A program made the translations under genes and the position numbers. 64,000 nt of DNA from an uncultured Methanoregulaceae archaeon. GTDB lineage: Archaea > Halobacteriota > Methanomicrobia > Methanomicrobiales > Methanospirillaceae. Within the stretch, counting starts at the first letter, position 1. Every line of letters starts with the position of its first letter. Location: NCBI GenBank assembly GCA_963701095.1, contig OY969564.1, forward strand, positions 2,176,001 to 2,240,000. Direction: 5' to 3'. The notes under the pieces were generated by a model. The model had not been told where the DNA came from, ran no database searches, and saw nothing but the letters and a program-made list of their open reading frames with translations. This document shows positions 44,877 through 56,324 of this stretch, piece by piece.

Positions 44877-44881
44877 GTATT

Positions 44882-45076
44882 ATGGCAGAGGAGCAGAAAT
44901 TTGAAGTGAAAGGAACCTTTCTGATGGGTGAAGACTGGATGCCCTACACGAAAGTTGTTGATGCACCAAATGAAAAACAGGCCGAGGAACGCACCTTTGC
45001 GGTTATCGGCAGCAAACATAACTTAAAGAGACGTTATATAAAAATTTCCGGTGTTTCTCCGGTAAAAACGAAGTAA
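44882..45076 (+). CDS. rpl18a: 50S ribosomal protein L18Ae (LX/eL20)
   Basis: FEVKG, IGSKHNLKR; synteny after aIF6. Confidence 0.93.
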   Translation: MAEEQKFEVKGTFLMGEDWMPYTKVVDAPNEKQAEERTFAVIGSKHNLKRRYIKISGVSPVKTK

Positions 45077-45385
45077 CTTTTTTTTTAAACCGACGGGGGT
45101 GATCCGAAAGATTCGGGAACCCTATTCAGCATTTCCGGATCTATTACATACGTATTCCCAAATTTTGTTTCAAGAGAAGAAACTCGTATGGAGAAAACGT
45201 TTTGACGTCATGATAATGAGGTGATTAGGTAACTCTCCACAATAAACAATTTTCATATGTTTGATATTTGACGAATGAATTCAACGTTTAATTAGACATT
45301 TTGTAACACGTCTATCACCGAAAATCGAGACAGACTATGACCATAAATAGGGAATAAAACAAAGTTACCAAAGAGGAGAAAATGG

Positions 45386-47200
45386 ATGATTGAACGGGCA
45401 AAAATCCTCATCATAGAAGATGAGTCCATTGTTGCAGAGGACTTAAAAGAAGTTCTGGAAAAAAAAGGATACGTTGTTCCGGGAACATTGTCTTCTGGCG
45501 AGGAGGCCCTTGAAGTCGTCGGTACCTGCCATCCCGATTTGATCCTGATGGATATCAGCCTCAGTGGCAGACTCGATGGTATCGAGACCGCAAAAAGAAT
45601 CCATGAAAAATACAATATTCCGATTATTTATCTCACCAGTTATTCATCAGAAGGATATATTGAAAGCGCCAAGCAGACTGATCCCTATGGATATATTGTA
45701 AAACCCTTCGATCCTCCCTCCATTTCAACGACTATTGAGATTGCACTTCACAAATATGCAATTGACACCAGAAACAAGATCAGCCTTGACACATACCGGT
45801 TTATTGCAGAGTATACGTCAAGCTGGGAGATGTGGCTGGATGCTTCCGGGAACCCGTTGTATGTCTCGCCTTCGTGCGAACGTATTACGGGGTACAAACC
45901 GGCCGAAATTATTACACATCCCCGTTTGCTGCAGGATATGGTTTTTTCAGAAGATCGCCAGATCTATGCGGATCATGTTGGGTGTGCAGTTGGTTCTCAG
46001 AACCATAGTGATACGGTTAATTTCCGGATTGTGACAAGGAGCGGAGATGTCCGGTGGATAGGTCATTCCTGCATACAAATCAGGGACAAGCAGGGTTCAG
46101 TTATCGGTAAAAGGATCAGCAACGCCGATATCACGTCAGAACAGGAACAGATCCACGATTTTGCCCTTGCCTTCCAGGAAAGCAATGAACGGTTTCTCTT
46201 ATTAACGGAGACTATGGCAGATACAATAATTTTCGTTTACGACGAAGCACATGGTCTTGAATATATTAACCGCAAGGGGGCGTCTCTCTTAGGAAAAAGT
46301 CCGGATGAGCTGCTCACGAAAAAGATACCGGATCTTTTTGAACCAAAAATCGCAAAAAACGCCGAAAATATCCTTGAAAATTTCTTTGCGACAGGAAAAC
46401 CCTCCTTTGTAGAACACTCGTATATGAGGCGCCCTGGTGATGAATTGTTCTTTGAAACCTGGCTCTTTTCCCTTGACCAGAAAAGTAAAAAAACCAGGAA
46501 GGTCTGGGGGCTCATGCATGATATTTCTGGTAAAAAGAGGGCAGAGAGGAATCTTCTGGAATCTCTCAAAGAAAAAGATGTCATGCTCAAGGAGATTCAT
46601 CACCGGGTAAAAAACAATCTCCAGCAGGTTGCAAGTCTGCTCTATCTCCAGGAAATCCGAGGAAACAATACGGATATTGTTAGTGCTTTGCACGAAAGCC
46701 GTGACCGGATTTTTTCCATGGCCCTTGTCCATGAGATTTTAATAGCATCAGAAAACCTTTCACAGATAAATCTCGCGACGTATCTTTCCAGTCTTGTCCA
46801 GCATATCGAGGGATCATACGGTATTTTGGCCGACAAGGTCAAGGTAACCATGAACGTTGACCCGGCCATTGCCCTAACTCTTGATGAGTGCATTCCCTGC
46901 GGACTTATTATCAACGAACTGGTTTCGAATTCCATGAAGCATGCCTTCCTCCCGGAGGTAAAGGGAGAAATATTCATTCGCGTGTCCAGCACCGAACAGA
47001 CGTGTACCCTTATCATTGGCGATAACGGGCGCGGTCTTCCTTCATCAGCGGATGTGGCGCGTGCCGGATCCCTGGGACTCCAGCTTGTTAACCGTTTGGT
47101 ACACCAGTTAAACGGATCGATAAGTGTAGCGGGGGAGCACGGGACGGTCTATACTATTACATTTCCCATGAATCTGCCCGGACGTGGCGAATATTTGTAA
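45386..47200 (+). CDS. REC-PAS-PAS-HisKA_2-HATPase sensor kinase
   Basis: IIEDE/DLILMD REC; EIHHRVKNNLQ; NELVSNSMKHAF; DNGRG, SLGL. Confidence 0.93.
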   Translation: MIERAKILIIEDESIVAEDLKEVLEKKGYVVPGTLSSGEEALEVVGTCHPDLILMDISLSGRLDGIETAKRIHEKYNIPIIYLTSYSSEGYIESAKQTDPYGYIVKPFDPPSISTTIEIALHKYAIDTRNKISLDTYRFIAEYTSSWEMWLDASGNPLYVSPSCERITGYKPAEIITHPRLLQDMVFSEDRQIYADHVGCAVGSQNHSDTVNFRIVTRSGDVRWIGHSCIQIRDKQGSVIGKRISNADITSEQEQIHDFALAFQESNERFLLLTETMADTIIFVYDEAHGLEYINRKGASLLGKSPDELLTKKIPDLFEPKIAKNAENILENFFATGKPSFVEHSYMRRPGDELFFETWLFSLDQKSKKTRKVWGLMHDISGKKRAERNLLESLKEKDVMLKEIHHRVKNNLQQVASLLYLQEIRGNNTDIVSALHESRDRIFSMALVHEILIASENLSQINLATYLSSLVQHIEGSYGILADKVKVTMNVDPAIALTLDECIPCGLIINELVSNSMKHAFLPEVKGEIFIRVSSTEQTCTLIIGDNGRGLPSSADVARAGSLGLQLVNRLVHQLNGSISVAGEHGTVYTITFPMNLPGRGEYL

Positions 47201-47232
47201 AACTCTTTTTTTTGGATGAACCAAGGTATTAT

Positions 47233-48721
47233 TCAGATCATCCCCGGCCCGATTTCACCCGATTCATCCTTGTAATCTGGGTTGATTTCCTGATGAATCA
47301 CCAGTGTCAGGATGAGAATAATAATACCCAGGATAAATGAGCCCAGAAATGCAAGATCGAACCCTGCGGTTAATACCTGGACCTTCAGACTGGCCGGCGA
47401 TTGCATCGTTACGTTATGATTCGTCGCAATCGTCAGGATCCCCCACAAAAAGATCATATTGAAAAGGGCAATTCCTAGGGTAAGAGGGGCAAACCGTTCG
47501 AGGCTGGTGAGACTTGAGATCATGCCCTGCTTTGTCTTCGCTACGGCCTCCATCACCATATTCGATGCCGGTGTTATCACAAATCCCAGGCCAAAACCGA
47601 TGAGCGCTAAGTCTGACGACAACATACAAAACCGGGGTTTCGGGCCTGAGCTGCATCACTAGGAAATACCCTGCGGAAAGGCAGATCCCGGCCAGGATAC
47701 ACAATCGCTTCGGCCCGACCCGGTTATAGAAAATCCCGGAAAGGATGCCGGCGGCCATCATAGCAAAGGAGAGTGAAGTCATAATGAGTCCGGCGGTCGA
47801 GGTATCGAATAAGCGGACATACTTGAGATAGAATGGCAGGAGATAGTTGATGCCTGCGAAACTGAAAAAAACGAGCGAGAGCAGGAGGTTTAAGAAAAGA
47901 AAATTCTTGTTCTTAAAAAGTCTGAGATCAAGGAGTGGATCATTTGTCCGGAGCTCATGAACGACAAACCAGCCCAGGGTTACCAGTACGAGGAGGGTAA
48001 GACCTAGAATGATAGGCGAAGTCCACCCCATGGTATCGCCCTCAGAGACCACAAAAAGAAGGGATGCGAGCCCGGTAAATACGAGAATGGCACCTGCCCG
48101 GTCAAATCCGTCAAGGGTTCCTTTACTGATCGATGCAGGAATCACCTTCGCTCCGAGTACGACAGCGACTATTCCTACAGGTACGTTAATAAAAAATATC
48201 CAGTGCCATGAGAGGTACTGGGTCAGAAATCCACCGATGGTCGGTCCGAGTGCCGTCCCGAGAGCGGCGAGGGTCATTACGATTCCCATCGCACTGCCTT
48301 TCTTTTCCATGGGGATGAACGCGGTAACCATTGCGGGAGCAATTGCAGTCATCATTGCACCACCGACTGCCTGTACCATGCGTGAGCCAACCAGTACATT
48401 AAGCGAATTAAACATGTCGGGGAGTGTCCCACAGGCAAATGAACCGAGGGTAAAGATAATAAAACCGGAAAGAAACACCCGCTTGAAACCAATAATATCG
48501 GAAATCTTGCCAAACACAAGCACGCAGCCGGCCATAACGAGGAGATAAGCTGTGGCCACCCAGCTGACTGTCGTCGAAGAGACATTGAATGCCTGCGATA
48601 TTGTCGGGAGAGCGATGTTTACGATGGTGCCATCAAGCCCCGCCATAAACGTGGCAAGCGAAATGGATACAACAAGAAGGAGGAAACCGGTGTTGTCGGT
48701 GCTTTTTTCAACATCACTCAT
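47233..48721 (-). CDS. DHA2-type MFS transporter; apparent 1-nt insertion at about 47612
   Basis: LDGTIVNIALP, GPTIGG, WIFFINVP; removing one base gives VVSLALIGFGLG. Confidence 0.88.
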
Positions 48722-48785
48722 AGCAAGATGTTACTTACCCAAATGTGAAGAGAATTGCGGTTTGGATCTAAAAAAAGAGTATTTT

Positions 48786-50213
48786 TCAGTTTGCCGGTGG
48801 CGAAACTTTCCACGAGGCTTTCCTGTACTTTAAAAATACCAGTGGGGGAACCGCGAGGAGGAATGTACCCACAAGAACGGACACAACGTACACCGGACCA
48901 TTGGAGAAGAACGACGGGGGCATCAGTCCAACAATAAAGGTGAAAATGACACCGAATGCGCCAAGTCCCCCTACGATCCAGATACCGACCATACCCCCGG
49001 GGATCTTGAACGGCCGGGGGGTATCCGGCTGGCTGTACCGAAGCTGAATAAGCGCTGCAAAGACGAGCAGGTAGACAATGGCAAGGAGTTCTGTGGTAAT
49101 TGCCGACAGGAGCCAGTACGCCGCGTTTACGGAAGGGAGGAACACGTAGAGCAGCGAGATAATCGAACCGATAACTGCCTGCATGATGAGGATTGCCACC
49201 GGTGCACCGTGTTTGTTTGTTTTATTGAAGATCGGTGGCATATTCCCGTCATCTGCAACAACACCAAGACCTTTTGCCGGCCCAATAAGCCATGCTGCCA
49301 AAAGGACGATGCCACCGACGGTTATAAGAAGAGCCATAGGAGTGACAAGACCCGGCATACCAAAGGAGACAAAGAAGAACTGGATCGCCTGCATGACACC
49401 GGATGCAAGGTTAAGCTTGCTCGCCGGGATCACAAAAGCGATCGCAAGGGTGGCAAATACCGTGCATAAAAAGATGATAATAGCGGAAAGTGCCATGGCC
49501 CGTGGATAATCTCTCTGGGGATTTTTGGTTTCAAGGGCATGGAACCCGGCCATCTCCATGCCGGAAAAGAGCAGGACGATGGTTGCAAAGAACGGTAAGG
49601 TTGAAAGCGTGATGTTCGGGACTATTGCCCCCAGGGAAAAGGGAGGCAGCACCGTTGTCGATCCACCTGCGATCCATATCATGCCAAGGGCAATGATGAG
49701 CACAGCCGGGACAATCCCGCCGAGGACAACCCCCACATTGGAAAACTTGTTAGTGAGCTCGGGATCTGAAAGGGCAATAATGGTTGTTCCCCAGAACGCG
49801 GCCATCATTACCGTAAACATATACATCGGGTTATTAGCGAGCGTTGGCGTGAGTGCGAAAGCAAGAGTCGAGGCTATGAACGCGAGAACAGTCGGGAACC
49901 AGACCAGGTTGTTCGACCACTCACAGAAGATCGCGGTAAATCCGCCTTTGTCTCCAAAGGCCCGTTTCACCCAGGCATAGATACCTCCGCCTTCCGGCCA
50001 ACCGGTAGCAAGTTCAGCCCCGGCAAGCGAAATAGGGATAAGAAAAAGGATCGTGCCGATGATGTACCATCCGATACTTGACCAGCCATATTCTGCCATT
50101 GAAGGAAAATTCCTGATACTTAATACGGCAGCGACGTTGATCATGGCAAGGGTAAAGACCCCTAATATCTTTTTCTTTGGGAGCCCTGTCGATAATTCCT
50201 TATTTTCACTCAT
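48786..50213 (-). CDS. APC-family amino acid permease (GadC-like antiporter)
   Basis: AELATGWPEGGIYAWV, GMEM, NPQRDYP, RPFKIPGG; start overlaps the decarboxylase stop. Confidence 0.9.
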   Translation of the reverse strand: MSENKELSTGLPKKKILGVFTLAMINVAAVLSIRNFPSMAEYGWSSIGWYIIGTILFLIPISLAGAELATGWPEGGGIYAWVKRAFGDKGGFTAIFCEWSNNLVWFPTVLAFIASTLAFALTPTLANNPMYMFTVMMAAFWGTTIIALSDPELTNKFSNVGVVLGGIVPAVLIIALGMIWIAGGSTTVLPPFSLGAIVPNITLSTLPFFATIVLLFSGMEMAGFHALETKNPQRDYPRAMALSAIIIFLCTVFATLAIAFVIPASKLNLASGVMQAIQFFFVSFGMPGLVTPMALLITVGGIVLLAAWLIGPAKGLGVVADDGNMPPIFNKTNKHGAPVAILIMQAVIGSIISLLYVFLPSVNAAYWLLSAITTELLAIVYLLVFAALIQLRYSQPDTPRPFKIPGGMVGIWIVGGLGAFGVIFTFIVGLMPPSFFSNGPVYVVSVLVGTFLLAVPPLVFLKYRKASWKVSPPAN

Positions 50214-52555
50214 GGGTGTTTCACCTTTTTACTTTCCGCTTCCTTAAGACAATACATCATGTACTTCCCGTTGACGTTCTCGATGCCATGGATATCGTGC
50301 GAAAATCCCGGGAACGTGTTATCGAAATTCTGGAGGACTATCAGGGTACTGAAGGACAGGACCAGAAAGTTTCCCGGTTTTCTCTCCGGGTGCGAGCAGA
50401 GGTATCCCTGGCGGGTAGGGGACGATACCGGTCGCCACGATCCTACCTCCAGATTGTTCGACAGGAATATATTCGACCTTGTTTTTCACCAGCTTTGCGA
50501 AAGTATCTGCATACGTCCGTGCCGGTTCCGGCAGGGTCGCATATGCCTCTCCGAGCAGCTCGCACATCCTGTTCTCTTTTTTGAATTCGTGCATTTCCCT
50601 AACGAGGTCCTGGAGCGTTTTTCCTGCATACCGGTCGGGGCATCCGGTTGTAAGATCGGGAAAAATCTCTTCAAGAGGGGCATTTTCTGTGTACAATCGT
50701 TTGAACTCGAAAAGCTCGGTTACAAGCGTTCCCCATTTCCCCTTGGTAATGCCCATAGAGAATAAAAACAGGATGGAATAGTCCCCGGACTTCTCATTCA
50801 CAATTCCCCTGGTATCCAGGAATTTTACCACGATTGCCGCCGGGATACCCCAGTCAGCGAGCGAACCGTCGTCGTTAACCCCTGGCATAAGTACGGTGAC
50901 CTTGATGGGGTCAAGCATGCAGTAATTGTCAGGCAAACCGGAAAACCCGTGCCATTTTTCTCCCGGATGAAGGACCCAGGCCGAAGGCGTTTCCCGGAGC
51001 AGATCGATCGGTGCATCCTGGAAGAGGATCTTCTTTTTCGTTTTGGGGTCAGTGACCGTCTCCGGCTGCCACATGCCAAACCACCAGTCTTTGGACTTTC
51101 CTTTTCCCTGGCCTTCGATCTCACACTTAACCCGTGCCATTGTTCGCCTGAACCGGATTGCTTCCTCGATTGAATCGGTCGTCAGCACTCTTCCCGGTGC
51201 TCCATCCATCATTTTTGTAGAGATATCAAGAGACGCGATTATTGTGTAGAGCGGAGACGTGGAACTATGCATCATAAAGCCCTCGTTGAACCGGGAATGT
51301 TCTATGGGGATGCGGCCGTTCCTGACATGCACCATTGATGCCTGGGAGAGAGCGGCGAGCAGCTTATGGGTTGATTGTGTGGCAAATACCGTAGGCCCTT
51401 TTTCATCTTTAGCGCCGTCCCGCATCGCGAACCGGTCCCGGTACAGCGGGTTGAACCGTGCATACGCATACCAGGCTTCATCGAAATGAATACTGTCGAC
51501 GCTTTTTCCAAGGAGCGTTTCGACGTCTTTTGCGTGGTAACAGAGACCATCGTAGGTTGAGTTTGTGATGATCACATGCACGGGCTTTGTCTCCTCTAAT
51601 CCCTTCGTGAGGGGGCAGGCTGCAGTTTTTGCCCTGATTGCTGTCGGTGTCATCTCTGATGGCGGAATGGGGCCAATGATACCGTACCGGTTTCTTGTCG
51701 GCATAAGATAGACTGCCACCGAATGAGTCATCGTTAGTGCATGTTCGCTCGATTTGTGGCAGTTCCGGTCAACGAGCACGATATCGTCTTTTGTCACACT
51801 GCCAAAGAATACTATTTTGTTTGCCGTCGACGTACCGTTTGTTACAAAATAGGTCTGGTCTGCACCAAAAACTTTGGCTGCATACCGCTCAGCCTCGCCT
51901 ACCGGCCCTGAGTGGTCGAGCAACGATCCGACTCCCCAACCGAGATAGAGAGATCGGAACGGAAAAGTTGTTCCCCGAAAAAGGAATGGAACACTCGCCC
52001 GGCCGGTGATTTTAAGAATGCTATTCCTCCCGCGTGCCCCGGAGTATGCCAGGAATATTCAAAATCCTTTGAGAACTTTACCAGCTCGCCGAAAAACGGT
52101 GGAAGAAGATGTTCGCGGTACCGGCGTGCTGCCGCACTGATCCTTCCTGCGATAAATTCTGGTGTATCTTCCATCACCCAGATGTATTCATTGATCTCCT
52201 TGACCATCTCCATGGTGAGTTCAACGGGAGCTGCATTCGTTGGCTCACCCATGAGGAAAATGGGGATCTTTTCATTGATCTCACGAATTTGCTGGATGAG
52301 CCGTTGCGTATCTTTATGCCGTTTGGCAGAACAGCCGCCGACATTCCAGTTGACCAGGATACAGTCAACCCAGGAGAGTCCGGAATAAGCCGCCCGTGCA
52401 TCTTCCGGGGATGCTACACTGGCTATCTGGATACCATCCTTTCGGATTTCTTCCATTATACGGGAAATAGCTCTTCCCTGCGGGGTGTCTGTAGCATGCA
52501 TATCATCGACAATAGCGACACGCATCTGTTCTTTTTGGTTGAGATTTTCTGTCAT
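50210..52555 (-). CDS. Orn/Lys/Arg decarboxylase (fold-type I PLP, with wing domain); apparent indels at about 51931 and 50345
   Basis: WHTPGH, VTNGTSTAN, DRNCHKS, HFDEAW, PLP lysine STHK, PYPPGIP; repaired C-terminus FPGFSHDIHG. Confidence 0.9.
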
Positions 52556-52889
52556 AGATAACTCCGGGGTGATGGATTATACCGGCTTCCCTTTCACCAA
52601 ACCGGATCGTCCACCAAGAAAGGTCTGAATATAACGGCTCTATTTACGTCAGTTAATTAACCTTCCCATTTTTACATCGCAATTTTGCCTGATCTCTTAA
52701 AGAAATGTCAATGTTTTGGTTTTCCTATTCTATACACATGTACAAGAAAAGAGGAGTATTCTATGAATTCTGAAATGAACGGCAACAACGGTTTTTGAAT
52801 ATACTCTATAATGATGTATTTATGATCCCTGCGGACAAACATATCAGAAAGATCCTGTTACCCGCATAGATGTTAAGGAGGCAATAATC

Positions 52890-53375
52890 TTGGCACAAGC
52901 ACTACCTATGGACCAGCGCGAAATTGAAACGCTCCAGTACTACCTGAAAGAATATGGACAGCAGGCCGAAGTATTTGCCGGCCAGCTCGAACTTATGGAG
53001 AACGGGCGCATGGAGGCCCTTGCCGCAATTGAGGCACTTAATGCACTTGTCGCGTCAGATGATGGTACTGTACTCCTTCAGATAGGAGGCGGGGCCAGCC
53101 TGAGAGCAAAGGTTCTCAACCCGGAAAAAGTGCTCCTCAATATCGGATCTGAAGTTATTGTTGAGAAGACAAACCCGGATGCAGTGGAGTATCTCAAAGA
53201 CCGGATCACCGAAATGGAAGCCTCCCAAAAGAAAGTAGCCGAGGCTTTGGAAAAACTTCGTGCCCAGATGAACGAGATAGCAAAACGGCTCGAACAGGGA
53301 TACCGTCAGGCATCAGTACCGGAGAGCCCGGCCGCCCACCGCCATGCTCACGAAGATAATGATGAAGAAGAGTGA
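52890..53375 (+). CDS. pfdA: prefoldin subunit alpha
   Basis: LLQIGGG..KVLLNIGSEV.VEK coiled-coil/beta-hairpin; synteny. Confidence 0.93.
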   Translation: MAQALPMDQREIETLQYYLKEYGQQAEVFAGQLELMENGRMEALAAIEALNALVASDDGTVLLQIGGGASLRAKVLNPEKVLLNIGSEVIVEKTNPDAVEYLKDRITEMEASQKKVAEALEKLRAQMNEIAKRLEQGYRQASVPESPAAHRHAHEDNDEEE

Positions 53376-53392
53376 GCGGGGAACTATCAGAC

Positions 53393-54430
53393 ATGTTTTC
53401 GGGTCTCAGGGATCGGCTGCAGGCAGCACGAAACAAGCTCAGTGAAAGTATCGGAGCCGTAGCAGAAGCAGCCCAACCGAAACCAACCGTGGATCCCGTA
53501 AAAACCAGTGATGCTGAACCAGTAATGGCTAAGAACCCGACACTGGCTGATAAAGTCCGGGTCCTCTTTATCGAACGGGAGCTGGTCGTCTCAGAAAAGG
53601 ACGTTTCCGGGGCTCTTGGCGATCTGGAGATGACATTGCTTGAAAGTGACGTCGCCCTTCCTGTTGCAGACGCTCTTGTTAAAGACATCCGCACAGGCCT
53701 TGTGGGAAAACACCGGAAGATTGGGGAATCTGTCGATGCACTTGTCGTTAAAGCCCTCAAATCCTCCCTTTTAAAGGTACTCGGCTCCGGGTTTGATCTG
53801 CCCGCGTATATCAAAACTCACGAGCGACCGGTCAAAATCCTCTTTACTGGCGTGAACGGAACCGGTAAAACCACAACCGTCGCAAAGATCGGAGCATATC
53901 TCAAGAAGCAGGGATTCTCCGTAGTGATCGGTGCCGGAGACACTTACCGGGCCGGGGCAATCGAACAGATCAGCGTGCATGCAGAACGTCTGGGTATAAA
54001 AATTATCGAGCACCAGACCGGTGCTGACCCATCTGCCGTGCTGTATGATACCGTGCAGTATGCACTGGCTCACAAAATTGATGTGGTGCTTGCGGATACT
54101 GCCGGCCGGTTCCATACCAAGGCAAACCTGATGAGCCAGCTCGAAAAGATCCGGCGTGTGATGAAGCCAGATCTTATTATTTACGTCGACGAAGCAGTAG
54201 CCGGGAACGACGCGGTAGTCCGGGCTGCAGAATTCGACCGAACTGTCGGGGCAGATGCAATTGTCCTTACCAAAGCAGATATGGATTCCCGGGGAGGGGC
54301 GGCGATCTCGATTGCCCACACCATCGGAAAACCTTTGCTTTTCCTGGGCACCGGGCAGTCGTATGAAGATATAGTCCCCTTCGAACCCGGTGCTATGGTT
54401 GAAGAACTTCTGGGAGGTGGTCCCTTATGA
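53393..54430 (+). CDS. ftsY: SRP receptor FtsY
   Basis: GVNGTGKTT, DTYRAGA, DTAGR, TKAD. Confidence 0.96.
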   Translation: MFSGLRDRLQAARNKLSESIGAVAEAAQPKPTVDPVKTSDAEPVMAKNPTLADKVRVLFIERELVVSEKDVSGALGDLEMTLLESDVALPVADALVKDIRTGLVGKHRKIGESVDALVVKALKSSLLKVLGSGFDLPAYIKTHERPVKILFTGVNGTGKTTTVAKIGAYLKKQGFSVVIGAGDTYRAGAIEQISVHAERLGIKIIEHQTGADPSAVLYDTVQYALAHKIDVVLADTAGRFHTKANLMSQLEKIRRVMKPDLIIYVDEAVAGNDAVVRAAEFDRTVGADAIVLTKADMDSRGGAAISIAHTIGKPLLFLGTGQSYEDIVPFEPGAMVEELLGGGPL

Positions 54431-55752
54431 TGGACACCTTATCGGCCTCACTTAAGGATGCCCTCAAAAAACTTGCCGGGAAAGCTGTTGTAGACCGGGC
54501 AGCCGTTGATGAACTGGTAAAAAACCTCCAGCGGGCGCTTCTCTCTGCCGATGTAAATGTTAAACTTGTGATGGATCTTTCAAAAGCTATTCGCACCCGG
54601 TCGCTTGACGAGGAACTGCCAAAAAACACTAATGTACGGGAACATGTCCTCCGCATCGTATACCAGGAACTGGTAAGGCTTGTCTTTGCTACAGCAGATC
54701 TAAAACTTGAGCCGCAGGTTATTTTGATGGCCGGCCTGCAGGGGAGCGGCAAGACCACAACGACGGCAAAGATTGCCCGCTACTTCCAGAAAAAGGGCAT
54801 GAAAGTCGGGGTGATCTGTGCCGATACATTCCGGCCTGGCGCATATGACCAGCTCTCTACCCTTTGTGCCAAGATCAATGTCCCCTGTTTTGGCAATCCC
54901 ACAACCACAGATGCACGGAAAATCGTACGTGAGGGCCTTGTAGCGATAAAAGATTTGGAAGTAATCATAGTCGATACACAGGGACGGCATGCACTTGAAC
55001 CCGATTTAATCCAGGAGATCATCGATCTTAACGTTATCACAAAAGCCAGCCACCGCTGGCTTGTAATTGATGCAGCTCTTGGTCAGCAGGCAAGCGAGCA
55101 GGCACGCCGGTTCCATGAAGCAATAGGCATCGACGGCGTGATCATAACCAAAATGGACGGCACTGCGAAAGGTGGCGGTGCGATGTCAGCCGTCGCCGAG
55201 ACAAAAAGCGGGATCGTCTTTATCGGTGCCGGGGAGACCATTGAAGACCTTGAACGATTTGATGCAAACGGATTTATCTCCCGGCTCCTTGGTATGGGTG
55301 ACTTACAGGCATTGGCGGAAAAAGTCCAGGAAGCCCAGGCAGCGACCGAGATAGACATGGACGCGATGATGAAAGGGCACTTCACCCTCCGTGACATGTA
55401 TAAACAGCTCGAAGCCCTCAATAAAATGGGCCCTCTCAAGCAGATCATGAACATGCTCCCTATGGGTAATATGCAGCTTCCCGAGGGTGTCTATGATGTT
55501 ACCAGCACCAAGATGGTGCGGTACCGGATTCTCATGGATTCGATGACACCCCAGGAGCTCGATGATCCCAGCATTATTTCCAGTTCGCGGATGCAGCGGA
55601 TTGCACGAGGTGCCGGGGGCACTCCCGAAGAAGTAAGAGAGCTTATAAAATATTATAAGATGATGCACAAAACCCTTAAAGGGCTCCGGGGAGCTGCTGG
55701 CGGGAAATTCAATATGCAGCGACTGATGAAGCGTTTCTCCGGAATGCAATGA
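54427..55752 (+). CDS. srp54: signal recognition particle protein Srp54
   Basis: GLQGSGKTT, DTQGR, TKMDGTAKGGG, M-domain RIARG. Confidence 0.97.
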   Translation: MMDTLSASLKDALKKLAGKAVVDRAAVDELVKNLQRALLSADVNVKLVMDLSKAIRTRSLDEELPKNTNVREHVLRIVYQELVRLVFATADLKLEPQVILMAGLQGSGKTTTTAKIARYFQKKGMKVGVICADTFRPGAYDQLSTLCAKINVPCFGNPTTTDARKIVREGLVAIKDLEVIIVDTQGRHALEPDLIQEIIDLNVITKASHRWLVIDAALGQQASEQARRFHEAIGIDGVIITKMDGTAKGGGAMSAVAETKSGIVFIGAGETIEDLERFDANGFISRLLGMGDLQALAEKVQEAQAATEIDMDAMMKGHFTLRDMYKQLEALNKMGPLKQIMNMLPMGNMQLPEGVYDVTSTKMVRYRILMDSMTPQELDDPSIISSSRMQRIARGAGGTPEEVRELIKYYKMMHKTLKGLRGAAGGKFNMQRLMKRFSGMQ

Positions 55753-56324
55753 CCTCGTTTGCCATAATAGGACACCTTGCCCTTACCGATGGGGATTTTT
55801 CCTTAAACGATCTCCCCGGGGCAGGGCGCATGGATGTACTTTGCCGGTGTGTGAATGCCTCGTTCTTTCTCTCCCACGACCTTCGCCGGGATGTAGACTG
55901 TTATCTGGTTCTTCTTGGGAAGTCCAAAGCGCCAAGGACCCTGTTGTTCCGGGGAAACGAGATGCGTTCACTCTCACCGGATGAACGAAGTGCCGGGGCA
56001 CTCATAAAAAAAGGGTTGTCCATTCCCTGTGGGAGCGAATTTCGGGAAGCAGCACCCGGAGTCTATGTGAGAAACACCGGTCTCGACCGCCTTTTTGCGG
56101 AGCATACGTTTGCAGTGCTTGATGAAAACGGCACTGATATACGGACAGTAACGACAATGCCGGACGCATTCCTACTCTCTGACCACCAGAATTTTTCAGA
56201 TGATGAGGAATCTCTCATAAAAAATGCTTCACAGTATTCGGTGGGCCCGGTATGCCTGCACGCCGATCACACTATTACCGTTATCTCAAATGAAATCGAC
56301 CGGAGGAAAAACGGATGGAAATAA
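55749..56324 (+). CDS. trmY: tRNA (pseudouridine54-N1)-methyltransferase
   Basis: GRMDVLCRC, LSHDLRRD, PDERS, LSDH, LHADH. Confidence 0.93.
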   Translation: MTSFAIIGHLALTDGDFSLNDLPGAGRMDVLCRCVNASFFLSHDLRRDVDCYLVLLGKSKAPRTLLFRGNEMRSLSPDERSAGALIKKGLSIPCGSEFREAAPGVYVRNTGLDRLFAEHTFAVLDENGTDIRTVTTMPDAFLLSDHQNFSDDEESLIKNASQYSVGPVCLHADHTITVISNEIDRRKNGWK

